From positions 1 through 64,000 of the forward strand of contig NIVC01003616.1 of the NCBI GenBank assembly GCA_002269645.1: DNA of 64,000 bases, given 5' to 3'. The notes under the pieces were generated by a model. That model was given only the letters and a program-made list of their open reading frames with translations, did no database searches and was not told the origin of the DNA. Source of the DNA: Macrostomum lignano (lineage: Eukaryota). Shown piece by piece: positions 12,096 to 24,753 of this stretch. Position 1 is the stretch's first letter. Every line of letters begins with the position of its first letter. A program made the translations under genes and the position numbers.

Positions 12096-14523
12096 AGAGT
12101 GCGGCTTGCTGCCGTACACAGGCTAACGATCGCATGCACGAATTGACACCCCTTGGAAGCGCAGCGCGTGGATTGACCTGCATGGTGTGCTCGCGGCTGG
12201 TCCACGGTTTTGTCCAGCCGGTAGCCAAATGGATGATCTGATAGCAGCGGCAGCCTATTATAGAGTCGGTACATGCGCATCCACCGCAAAATTATTTAAT
12301 ATACGCAGAGGTACATGTACTGCATCTGCATGCATGAACTGATGCGCCACGCCTACTGACTGAGTTAAATACATTACTACGCATGCTTCTCGGCCCCTGG
12401 GCAGATCGAGTGTTTTTGGCCTGGTGCAGGTATTAAAAGGTACCGAGCAGACTGTGCCTGCAAGACACACCTGCACGACGCACAATGAGTGCTCTACCGT
12501 TCCGATTGAATTTTGTCAACTTCGCCTCAGCTAGTAGCTATAAATGTACATGTACCATAAATACGACCGTATAGCTTTAGATTGTGTTTGACAGGCCTGC
12601 AATCCTATGGATAATTCTCGATTTCCTACACATGGTGTTCCTTTCGAACACATGCATTAAATGTCGTAAACAGTTAAAATGCAACAACTCTATGATAGAC
12701 CTACATGTACATGTACGCGAGAGCAAATAAAGGGGCCTTGAGCCAAGCAATTATTTGCGCCATGAAATTGAATTCAGTAGCACTACAGTTTTTGGCCTCC
12801 TTCAGTGCGACAAGCTGCACGTATGTGGCCTACTGTTCGATCATTGTTGGCCATATACATGTACATTGTAGCTAACGACACATACATGCACATGTATTAC
12901 ACATAGTCGTAAATGTACATGCGTGTATATTCTATATACTCCGATTCACTCCGCTCTGTTGCTAGCTATTGAGTTATAGGCATAAACGTATGTACAACCA
13001 TACCTCTATTAACATTTATGTATATTACTACACACGCAATTGTCCATATGCAACTGCAGACAACGTACATACATAGCTGTATGTTTTAGAGCTGAAATCG
13101 ATCATAAAAAGATAATTTTAATTTTCTCGTAATAAACTTTCTGATCGATCGAAATTTATTCACACTGCAACAACATGTGGCTTTCATGATAAATGTATTG
13201 TTCAAGGACCACTGCAAAGTTACCGATTGTACAAGTACAGCCGCGTAAAATGTTTCGTCAGACAGCTAGTATAGTGATGAGTTTCAATTGAACAAAGCGC
13301 AGACAAGAGTTGCAGTTAATTTTGATATTGAGGTTCAAACGGCATTTTATAATATTTTTTAATTCTAGCCTTCGCCGGTCGTGGACACAGCTGCATGATA
13401 TGAGATCGGCAATGCAATGCGATATTTTGAGCTGGAGTTGGATTGAGCATCAGAGTATGTAATTTTTTATCAGCATTATTTTTATGTTGCATTATTTTTG
13501 CGTTTTCTGAATTTTAAGTAAATAATTTCATGGGCTCCACGAAGCATTTTTCAATTAAACATGCAATAAGAGATACAGTACTTTGTTATACTACTAACTC
13601 TGTTTCTTGTAAAAAAGCTCGAGCTCACATTGCAGATTGATGTTGATTCGATCGATAAAATGTAACTTAAGCGATAAAGTGTCGACAACAACACGAACAT
13701 GTATAACTGTATTTAATTTAACAATGCTGATGTTATCCGCTTTGTTATTTACTCGCGTTTTTAGACCTACTTGTTAGCCTTATAAATCGTAGGGCTACGT
13801 TGCAGTATGTTTTGCGACTCTAGATTTATTTGTTTGGGCGTAGGCCTCGACTTTATCGAGGATTTGAGCCTAAGCCTAACTTTTTCTACATGTTAATAAG
13901 CCTTAGTAGGGCTTTCCATATGCCTAATATGGAAAATGCTATTTACACAGAAGTTTCTAGAATGAAATTTTTATATTAGGCCTAATACAGTACAGAAAGT
14001 TAGCAAAGGTCAATACAAGGTCACTACAAAGTACAATGACTAATTCAGTAATAGGAGTTTTGGTAACAGCCACTTTGACTTTGGTAACAAGTGAGAATAA
14101 CAGCTGTATCAATTAAAATGCTCAAAAAATCTCAAGAAAGTTTCAAAGAAAGAATAATAAAAATAATTAAGATTAATCTATTATGTATTATATCATATTA
14201 TATAATATATAGCCTAGGCCCTATATTATAATTTTGATTTCTGGCAATCTAGGTAGGCCTATGCCAACTGCCAAAGTACTTTTGCTAAATTCTCTTTGTT
14301 TTCAAATTTTCCTCAAGGAAAGTTAATGTGTGAGTATAAACAAAGGCCTTCTTGAACTTTAAGTACATAAAATACCTCCAATTTTCCATTTTTTTTGAAA
14401 ATTTTGTTAGAGTCTTAAACTAAAGGCTATCCAAAATGATAATAAAGAAAAAAATCTGCAAAAAATTACCCTCAAAAGTAACAGGAGGTTGATTTGTACA
14501 TCTCTTATATAACTAGTGTTAAT

Positions 14524-17500
14524 TAGGGGTAGGACGTGATCACGATCGTGATCACGATATCGTGAATTCACGACCTTTTTCAGTGTCGTGAATTCACGAG
14601 TCGTGAAACATTTTTCACGTGCGTGATCGTGATTGTGGGTTTCTTTCAGCTTCAGATGTTACTATGTTTATACTTTTCAGTTCCCCAAACCACAATCGTG
14701 TACAGTCCTAAATGTAGACTTACTTGGTTTTTGTTTTTCTTTTCAAATACAACGAATGTGTTTTAACACAAAACTTACAGAATAGAGTTTTCAGTTTACT
14801 TTACTTAGTTCAGAAAGTTCGAAGTTAAAGTGGATTTTCGAAGTTCAAAGCTTACTGCCTTATTCTTTTCAATCTTTTGTTTATTTTGTAAAATGTAAAA
14901 TTAAAACTGAAAAGCACTGAATGAAAATATAAATTGTATATATGTATGACTGTATATAAATTTCACTACATGATAGTACATGACATGTACAGACAAGTGT
15001 TTGTTAACTTGCTTAGCTGCCTACAGAACTGAAAACAGTGAAAAGTGAAAAACAGAAAAGCTTATCAGTGTATGAATATGAAGTATAAAAGAGTACATGT
15101 AGGTTTACTACTTTACTTTTACGTTCTACACATATAGTGTTATTACAATGACTAATTTAAGTCTAATCTATACTATACTAGCTACATGCAAAAAATCATA
15201 CTACAGAGTCTACAGACTACAGAGTACACAGCTACACACTATAGCAACAGTTATCTATTCCTTATCGATAAACTTTTTCTTGTAGCTCCAACTCTACTTG
15301 TTCTATAGTCTTTGATTATTTATTTTCTCTATCATTATCTTGTCTCTCTGATCTCAATCTTCAAAAAAGTAAAACTAATCACTAATCAGCAATAACAGCA
15401 ATGAATTGAATGGACCCTGCTCATTTCTCTATGGGTCAAACTTCCGAACATTATAGTTAATAAAAACAAGCTTTTCAACGGTTTCGCCAAGCAGGCGACG
15501 TCGTTTCGGCTCGTAGATGTTTCCAACGTTGCTGAAGATACGCTCACTTGGAACACTGGTAGGTGGTGGTCCCAGAAATTTCCGAACAAGTGCTGACATT
15601 GCAGTTGATGGAGTCTTGTCTCTCCAGAACTTCATTGGGTCTTCCTCAAATGGAAGTCGAGGCTCTGATAGGTAGGCTGCCATTTCACGAGCCAACTTGT
15701 CCATAGCATTGCCTCTGTTTGAAACTGGCAGTAGCGTTCCGGCCCTAGACAGGTCACGCAGAGTTGCAGCTGCAGCACTAGAAGTAGAAGACTTCTCGAA
15801 CAGGGCTGACATAGATAGCTGCTGAGGCTGAGACTCAGTTTGTCTAAAAAGGTGAAATTAAAAGTTAAAAGTTAAAACAAAGAGAACTTTGATATATTAG
15901 TTATAAAATTTATAACTTACAGATGTAGCAAATGTAATTTATAATTTAATTTTTTTGTTACATGTACATGTACATTGAATTATGAAATAGAGGAAATACT
16001 CACGGCTCAGTTTCGATAGATACATCGGAGAGGTCCTCGTCTATGGCTGTATCGCCATCAACAGTAGGAAGAGAAGTTTCACGCAAAATTTCATTCATTG
16101 CTTTTACGAGCTCAGCCTTAGCAAAGTTGCGCTGCTCTTCATCGAAAAAATCTAGCCGGAAGCGTGGGTCTAACATCGTAGCAACAATGTGGTGGTGACT
16201 CTTTTTTTCGTCAGAGAAGCGTTGAGTCAACCCTTTCACCAGGTCGTCTCGAAGGTACGTGATGCCAAAGCAGTCTACCTGCTGCAGATGCTCCAGCGAC
16301 ACTTTCACCATCGGCAAGATACACGAGATGCTGGCAGTTTCCCTGCTGACTTCTAGCGTAAAAACCTCAAAAATCTCAAGAAGTTTGACAGCTTTCTTTG
16401 AAACATCTGACTCATTGTCCGTCAGGATTTCAATTGGTCGGTGTCTGGTGCGATAGACACTAAACGCTTCCTCTTGCTCGTTGATTCGGCGTAACATGGC
16501 TAGTGTTGAATTCCAGCGTGTGTCTACATCTTGCACGAGGCTGTGTGTTGGTAGCTTCAGCTGGAGCTGCAGTGTTTTGAGGTTTGCTTGAGCGGTTACA
16601 GAGTGGTGGAAGTGGCCAACAATGCTCCGTGCTTTGTCAAGTATTGTCTTCAGTCCTCGATGACCGGAGATGGAATCCTTAACAACAAGGTTCAGCTTGT
16701 GGGCAGCACAATGGGCAGATGGTACTTTCAGAAGTTCTCCTGCAAGCTTCATGTTGCTGGCCCCATCACGCAGGAGGAGGCTGACTTGCTCTAAGCCAAT
16801 GCCCCACTCACCAAGGGTTGTCGAAAAAACGGCCGAGATGTTAAGCCCAGTATGGGCATCAGTGAATGGCTTTACGCACAGTAAAAGCTGCTTACGCTCA
16901 AAATCTGGCGTGATAGAATGGATTGTGAAGGACATGAGTGCCAACTGGCCGTCACTCCACAAGTCACACGTGAAACCGAAATCTCGCAGTCTGTCTATTT
17001 CGTCCTGGACCTGCAATTTAATTTCTTCATAGAGAGTCTCTAGCTTGTCATGATAAAATCGAGTGCTCTTCAATCGATATTGCGGACATGCTTCTTTCAA
17101 CAGATCGCGAAAGCCTTCACCTTCTACCACAGAGAATGGCTGTGAATCCAACACAATAAAGCGGAGAATTTTTCGATCAATTGCAACCGAACGAGGGTGC
17201 GAATCCGACCATTCTTGAGCATTTGCTTGAGCAAACATTGTGCTCAACTTCTGCTGCTTCAATGGTTGTGGTCTTTGGCTTTGCACGATCTGCCTCAGTG
17301 TTTAGGAGCTCTTTGAATTGAATTGGATGGCAGGATTCTATGTGTCTTCGCATGCTGCCTGTTGATCCTGTGTTTCGTAGAACCTCCTTCTTACAAGCTA
17401 GGCAAGCAGCAGAATTCTCTTTTCCTTCAACGTCTTTAAAGTACAACCACACAGCACTGCCTCTTCCTCGAGGTTGCTGGGTTGGCTTATCAACAGAGGC

Positions 17501-18725
17501 CATTGCAAATGAATGGCTGAAATTGTTTGATTTGTAAATTGTAAATTGTAATGTAATATTGTGTAATTGCCTATTTTAATTTGCTAGGTAGAAAAGCAAA
17601 GAAAAAACAAGTATTATATTATTTTAAATTAAAATATTTATTTATATTTTAAATAAAATATTGCATAGTATAGCAGTATAGTGTAAATGTAAAGTCACTA
17701 CAGACTTTAAAGTCAAATAGGCTAGAAAAAAATATTTTTAGACTAACCATATAGATTAGAAATATACTACTATGCATCAGGCAATCAGGCATACATATTC
17801 AATATACCAGTGTACCACATGATAGTACTAGTACATAATAGTTAATACTATATTGAATATTGAATATTATTCATTATTCAATTCAATTCAAGAAGAAAAA
17901 GTATTTAATATTTGTGTTTGACTATTATTATTACTATTAACAAATGACAATAACAATAGCAAATAACAATTTAATTTAGCATATCCATCAAGTATATTTG
18001 CTACTTAGTACTTAGACTTAGTCAACCTTAATTTTTAATTTACAGCAATTTATTTTAGTAAAAAAATACTATGCTTATATATTAAAAATTATTAGTTATA
18101 AATTATAATTACTAAATAACTATTAGACAATCATATTATAAAATTATGCTCTAGTATCTACTATCTATCTGTATAGTATCTAATCTATTTATACATTATT
18201 ATAGCATAAAAATAATAAGAAGAAAGAAAAACTCAAATATGCAAATTCATGATCAAAATGAAATGAAATTTTTTTTTAACTATTTATTTAATACTAAATT
18301 CTAAAATAGTAATAGTAGCAAATACTACTTTTAAATTAAAAATTTAAAAATAAAAATACTAAATAGTTACAGCTTTCAGCTTAGTTTGAGCTTTGAGAAA
18401 GCCAAAAAGCAACACAAATGTCTAAGAAGTAAGAACTTCTTACTTCTCAGCCAGACTCTGAGTTCCTTCTCAACCAGAGAAGAAAGCCAGATGGGCAGAT
18501 GCAGATGGTATAAGCTGATGGTATAGAAGCACTTAAAAATAGAATCAAACACATTAACTGATAGAAAAATTCAAATTTGAAGAAAAAAAAACAAAATTTG
18601 AACGGAAATTTTTTACTTTTAATTTTTCACAAACCAATCACGATCACGATCACGATCACGGCAAAGCTGAAATTATTCACGACTACTCACGCCCGACCCA
18701 AAAATTTTTGCTCGTCCGACCTCTA
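14524..18725 (-). mobile_element. Full-length hAT DNA transposon (4202 bp)
   Basis: 8-bp TSD GTGTTAAT at 14516-14523 and 18726-18733. TIRs TAGGGGTAGGACG and TAGAGGTCGGACG match at 11/13. Dense CGTGA/TCACG subterminal motifs occur at both ends, and a transposase lies inside. Confidence 0.95.
15429..17503 (-). CDS. hAT transposase (BED finger, DDE core, hATC dimerisation domain) with one frameshift near 17290
   Basis: BED finger SAVWLYF..C..C..GSTGSMRRHIESCH; core motifs FTCDLWS, LRDGASNM, CAAH, DTRWNS, LDPRF. Phase-2 intron at 16003-15844; exon 15843-15429 contains DPMKFW and TSVPSERIFS. The BED and core segments are in different frames with no room for an intron. Confidence 0.92.
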
Positions 18726-19214
18726 GTGTTAATTTGAACCAAGCAGTTTTGGAGAATTGTGTGTTTGAAAGTTGAACTTTTTTAGAATCATAACTTTCTA
18801 ATGTAAATATTTTCTAAAATTTGATAAATTTATTCTAAAAAAACATTTAGAACATTTGAGTTTAATCTCTGAAAAAAAAGTGCCTATTCTAATTTTTCTT
18901 CACTCAATTTGTTATAGTGGAGCGGAAGTGCCACATCAGTTTATTGTTTTTAAAAAATGCTGACTCACAGTTTGCCATCCGCCTCTCACCACCCGCTTTT
19001 TGATTCGCTGTCATTCATTGTTGATTAGTAAAGTATATTCTAGTGGTATATTCTTTACTTGTTTACCTATACTAATTTCTACTAATCTGAATTGTCTCCA
19101 TTCCAAAGGTAACTGCAGCTGCTAATATCAATTAGTTTTAATAGGATTATAATTTTTTCTCCATGGTTGTGTTTTTGATAACTTGTTGAATTTTTAAGCT
19201 TCATTTCAATTTCC

Positions 19215-19700
19215 CCCCTAGGACCTCCTCTCGGTCTCCGAATTTATCTACCTAATCTTCAATAGACCTCCATGCCTCTATTGAAGTTTAGGTATGTAAA
19301 CTATCCCCATGAAGATTCTCCCCACCCTAAAATCCCACATTCTCTATGCCACAGTTGTTGACAATTGTTAGCTCCCCCCCTCCCCGAGACCCCCCTCAGT
19401 CTCCAAATTTATCTACCTAATCTTCAATAGACCTCTATGCCTCTATTGAAGTTTAGGTACATAAAATAAATCCCCATGAAGATTCTCCCCACCCTAACAC
19501 CCCCATTCCTCATGCCTCAGTTGTTGGTAGTTGTCAGCTCCCTCCCCCTTGAGACTTGCCCTCCCCCTAAGACTTGCTTCCTACCCCCTCAGTCTCTGAA
19601 TTTATCTACCTAATCTTCAATAGACCTCTATACTTCTATTGAAGTTTAGGTATATAAAATCAATCCCCATGAAGATTTTCCCCACCCTAAAACCCCCAAT
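19215..19700. repeat. Three 165-193-bp tandem units, each with an 18-bp hairpin
   Basis: TACCTAATCTTCAATAGA...TCTATTGAAGTTTAGGTA at about 19249, 19414 and 19607. Confidence 0.85.
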
Positions 19701-19977
19701 TTCCTATATCCCGGTGGTTGGCTTTAGCCTTTAAGCTACAAAAAAATGAAGCTCAAATTTAAAATCAGCACCATCAAAAACCCATATAGAGACTAAATTA
19801 TGATCCTATTGAAACTACATTTTTTATCTTTTATTTTATCTACCTAAAGTTCAAGAAGCCCTAAAAAATCATAGGCTAATATATATAGTTTTAGTTGTTT
19901 AACTAGGAAAGGCCAAGAAGATTAAACTATACTTGGCAATAAAAAATTTAAAATTCAAATGCTTAGGGCTTAGGCCC

Positions 19978-20508
19978 CTAGGTTGCAGATCATGTAATAG
20001 TGTATGCCGGAACAAGAATCCTAGCTTATCTAAATGTATGCCAGTGTATGCCAAAAACAAAAAAATTTCCTAAAATGTATGCCAAAAATTCCTCCTAAAA
20101 AAGGTCATTCGGTTTTCATAAGTAGAGTTTTAAAAAAAGGCTTTTATACAAAAAGTCTTTTTAAAATATTACAAATATTTTCATTTTAAACAAAGTTAAA
20201 TTATACCTACAGAAATAATAATGCAAAATTGATGTTTGTAGCAATAATTTACACTAATTTTATTTATTATTAATTTTAAAGAAGCAAAAAGTTTATCATT
20301 GACCTTCTAGACTATACAAATTTTCCTTTATGGTAAAAACATTAATTTACATTACAACTTTCATGCATGGCATGAATTTATTCACCAAAATTTGTATGCC
20401 AAAAAGTATACGTGGTTGTGTACACCAGTTGTGTATGCCAAAGACTTAGGGTTGCCATTTTGTATACCAGAAAGGTTCTGGCGTACATGCATACCATCCA
20501 CAACCTGG
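19978..20508. mobile_element. Non-autonomous hAT-like element (MITE), 531 bp
   Basis: 8-bp TSD TTAGGCCC at 19970-19977 and 20509-20516. TIRs CTAGGTTGCAGAT and CCAGGTTGTGGAT match at 10/13. Repeated GTATGCCA subterminal motifs. Confidence 0.75.
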
Positions 20509-21549
20509 TTAGGCCCTAAAGGCTAAACTAATAGTTGGTACCAAAGTAGTTTGTTACTAAATTGGCTAGGCCTATTAGGGGCCTACTGAAATGGTCACTT
20601 TATTGAGTTTGCAATGTTCATTCCACTGGATGAAGCACTATTGATAGGTGCACTACAAAGGATTGCCTTACGCAGCTTGAATTCATCAGTAATTGCATGA
20701 ATTGTCAGGTTGACTATGGACCATTTCTTTGCATTGATGTCTATTTATTACTTGTATATGCAACTATGCCAACCCATTTAATATAATTCTAACAGATAAC
20801 CAGACTGCTCATTCCATATAAGCACAGTCGTAACATGACAGGCTATTTTTACTTGTAAAATGAAATCTAATAATAGAATATACTAAACCAGTATTTTAAA
20901 TGGAAGATTATTTTGTCTAGAATATATTTATGAGTTTCATATAGATATCATCATTAGTATAGATGCTATTAAACCTTAAATGACACTTATGGTCGTAACG
21001 ACAGGATTTTTGACATATAGAAACTAAAAGGTAAAAGTCTTATAACATTATTCATTTTTGAAATTTTGCAATACATTTTTAAAATTTGACTAAGAACATC
21101 TTTAGAAATTATACTCTTTTATTAGAATATATAAACTCAAAAGGCAACAAAGATACAAAAGAAAAGGCAGCCTTATGGTCGTAACATCATGGTCGTAACA
21201 TATTTTTTTCTGTCAATTCAGTAACTTTGAGGTACTAATACATTAAAAATATAATAGATTATTTGGTCACCAATGCTTTTATCTGATGATGCAAGTACTA
21301 TACTTTTATCTATAGTTTGTTTCAACCTTCAAAAGCTTTCTATTTGTTTTTAAAGGTACAAAATCTTAATGATGTCTTTTGCTTCAAAAAATGCCCAAAT
21401 TTTTACAAAAATGACTTTTGCCAATTGATAACATACTAATCCAACATTTTACCATTCCTTTATTCTTAGATTGTATATATTGCACATAAAAACATTTGGT
21501 AAAAAAATTGGCTAATAAGGCAATGGCAAGCAAAAATATTGACTTATTT

Positions 21550-21768
21550 CTATTTTCCAAATATGTCTATCTTATATGGAATGAGCCAGACCTCTTCATA
21601 AATGGTGGGTACAATGACTTTTGCAAAATGCTTGTAGGACTGGATCTTGTAGTTTTTGAAGAATTTCAAAAGAGCAGAAAAGCTAAGATTTTCAACACAT
21701 GTGAATGGTAGATGATCTACCACCAACATCTTACCTGTTTTGGGTATAAAGATAAATGTAACAAACAT
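21550..21768 (-). pseudogene. Decayed hAT transposase fragment
   Basis: MLVVDHLPFTCVENLSFSALLKFFKNYKIQSYKHFAKVIVPTIYEEV matches the D.PFs.VE..gF..ll...Y.ipsr..f...ip.lY..v segment, also seen in the intact transposase (LDSQPFSVVEGEGFRDLL). Confidence 0.65.
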
Positions 21769-22948
21769 TCCTTAGCTATACTATGCAATACATTGTTTCT
21801 TGTATTGCAGTTTATAAAATATAAATAGTTCAAGATAAGAATCAGCTTTTCCATGCTTTTGCAATTGTTTTAGAACATTTTTATATCTATGAAGTAGCTA
21901 TTGCATGGTATGCAGAATGTACAAAGCTTAGCTTGTATAAACTATATGTACATATAGATATCAAAATAGTTACTAACTTAGTAACTAAGTTAGTATCACT
22001 TACTAATCAATTTAGTTAATTCCATGGCTTTTGGATGCAAGGCATCCCAGGCAACTGTTTTTTTATGTGTCTGCTTAATGGTAAGCTGCTTTAGTCATTC
22101 TTTTTTTCTCAGTAAGCAAAGAAGCTCAGGCCTTCTTGTAACTCTTTAGCAGCATGCTTTCTTTGCAACTTATCAAGATCTGCTTCTTCTTAAGTGTCAT
22201 GCAGTTTAGATAATGATTTTTGAGATGCAGGAACATCCTACTATTAGATGGTTTGTAAGGATATTTTCCTTTTGATACTTTTTTCCATATTCTTTGTATT
22301 CCACAATGAGTAAGTTGGAAAACAATTTAAAATAGTCATGGATTGGAGCCTTTACTTTTGGCATTATAATGCAAAAATCAAGAGGCTGAAAAGGCTTCAA
22401 GGAGTTGAAAAAAAATATTACTTTATTGATAGACTGGTTTATATGCTCAAATAGGGCTATTTTATAATTTCTAACAGAACTCTAGTCATTGGTCAAATAA
22501 TTAAGCCTATAATATCCTTTAGTTGCAAGTATCCTATTATCTTGACAGTGTTACGTGCTATCTACATGTATTTTTTAATACATATATATACTATACCAGC
22601 CCACCTGACCAAATGGTCAAACCCATAGCCAATAGTAGAGCTTGGCATTGATGTAGTTGTCATAACTTAGTCTAGCAATTGGGCACGTAGTTAAAAAGCT
22701 GATTCTATTCAATTTAATCCACAGTGGACTTACTAATAAGTCTGTTTTGCTGAACAAAAGATACACATTACTACTTACTCCCTATCATTTATTTAACACA
22801 ATCAGTGGGAAACAAATCAGTTAAATATTTTTTAGAAAAATCATTGATCAAAATTCCAACTTCCAAAATTTGTCCAAAATTGAAATTCAGGGAAAAAAGT
22901 CAAAATCAAAATAACACAAAAAAGTTAAAAACCATAATTGTATCATGT

Positions 22949-23148
22949 CAGTTCAAACCAGGGACTACTCAAACACCGGGACGGAAAACTAAGATTTTTT
23001 TACGAGGCTGGTCTATCACCAGCAGTAGAAAATAACCATAGACAACAAAGTAACACAGCATCTCTCTAATGAAAATAATTGCCAGCCAGCCTCGTAAAAA
23101 AATTTTAGTTTCCCGTCCCAGTGTTTGAGTAGTCCCTGGTTCAAACTA
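22949..23148. mobile_element. Fold-back element / MITE with ~62-bp inverted arms
   Basis: CAGTTCAAACCAGGGACTACTCAAACACCGGGACGGAAAACTAAG... pairs with ...TTAGTTTCCCGTCCCAGTGTTTGAGTAGTCCCTGGTTCAAACTA. No TSD found. Confidence 0.7.
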
Positions 23149-24753
23149 AGTAAAGTAATTTTTTTTAAATTAATGATGATCAAAACCTTGATCTTATCCT
23201 AACCATTAAGATTCCATTTCAAACCTACATTGTTCTTAACTAGCCTTTCTAAAACTTTCAGACTTGTAGTTCATCTTTTCCCTCAAAAAGTCAACATAAG
23301 ATAGGGATAAGAAGGATAAAAGCAAAAAAAGAAAGGGAAAAGGTAGAATAAAAGTTTAGGGGGCAGGATGCAATCATAAATGTGCAACTGCTGGCTGACT
23401 TAGCCGATCTGGCCACTATAAATTGTGGTGGATCAGGGGTAAGTTGCAAAAATGCCCATCTAAAAATAGACATAGTACTAATTAGATGATAAGGCATTTG
23501 ACCTTATTCAGAGTCATAGTTACTTTTGCTGTTTATCCAAAATTGTGGTAGGCCCTTATTTTTGCTCTAGGGTTTTTTTACAAGTAAGTCACATTTTTGG
23601 TCACAAAGTAAGTTGCATGGCTAATGTAAATCAGGGGGGGGGTTGCATATGTATAGATACAGTGCTAGATCATTGAGGGCTTTGGAAGCTAGATTTGAAT
23701 GCTTCAAAGGCTAGATCTAGCCCTGGGGCTAGAGGTTGCTAATCTTTGCTCTACTACCTCATTTAGGATACTGTACTTTTGCTAAGAAAATTCTAGCATA
23801 TAAAATTAGAAGCCTTCTTAGGCTTAAGACAATACTTTGTTGGTTGGCATATGGCATATGCAATATTGATAGTGCAATGTGTAATTGCATTTCAATAGTG
23901 CAACATAGTAATGTGGTATAGCACAATATTCAGTGTACTAATGTAGTGCAACAAAAAATGTATAAGCCTATTTAAATTAATAATTTGTTACCTGCTTTTC
24001 AAACGTATATTTTAAATTTTCTAAAATTTATTCTTTTTTTATATATGCATTACAATACTTTAATTTAAGAAAACATTAACAATCTTTGAATAAAGAACCA
24101 TGACAGATGTCTCCTTTTCCTCATACTAGATACCTACCCCTGTATGCTATGCACTCTTTATACTCTCTCCTTAGTTATTAATATAAGTAGTCTAACTAAT
24201 AAAAATAACTGATTTAGTATAGTAATAAACAATATACAAAGGTATCATTGCAACTATAATATTTTCTACAAGCCTTATCATTGCAACTACTTTAGTAGTC
24301 TTATTTGCACAATTATTATTTTCAAAAATTATACTTACTTAGCAATTTTGATAGGCCTATCCTGGGTCTAACTTCAAGATAGGGGCCTACCAAATATAAA
24401 CCTAAAATGCAATTAACATCAGTTGTAATGTAAAAATTTAAATAATATACAATTTTAAGTTATGTATTTAATTTTTATCTATATAAAATAACTTTTGCTA
24501 ATTTTTTACTGGTTTCCAACACCGAGTTGCAAATGGAAGTTTTTAGTTGCAGTTTTGGTTGTTGCATAAAGTAAAATTCAAGATCTGAAACAGGATCCCA
24601 ATTCAATTTTTTGACCCGACCTCTGGTGAAATTCTGATCACACAAAAAAGTTATACCCATCCAAGCTCTAAATTTGGTTTTTAAAACACTTGCATGACAG
24701 ACTTGCTGAACAGATAAGCAAAGTCAAGTGCCCCAGAGACAATACAAGGCAGA

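Noticed and set aside
11391-12289. His/Ser/Gln-rich ORFs and a GC-rich 12090-12260 segment as an exon
   Set aside because: The ORFs derive from the 10-bp repeat; the unique segment has no recognisable product or clear splice partner.
23730-24625. Possible hAT MITE from TAGAGGTTG to CGACCTCTG
   Set aside because: Only 7/9 end similarity and no TSD.
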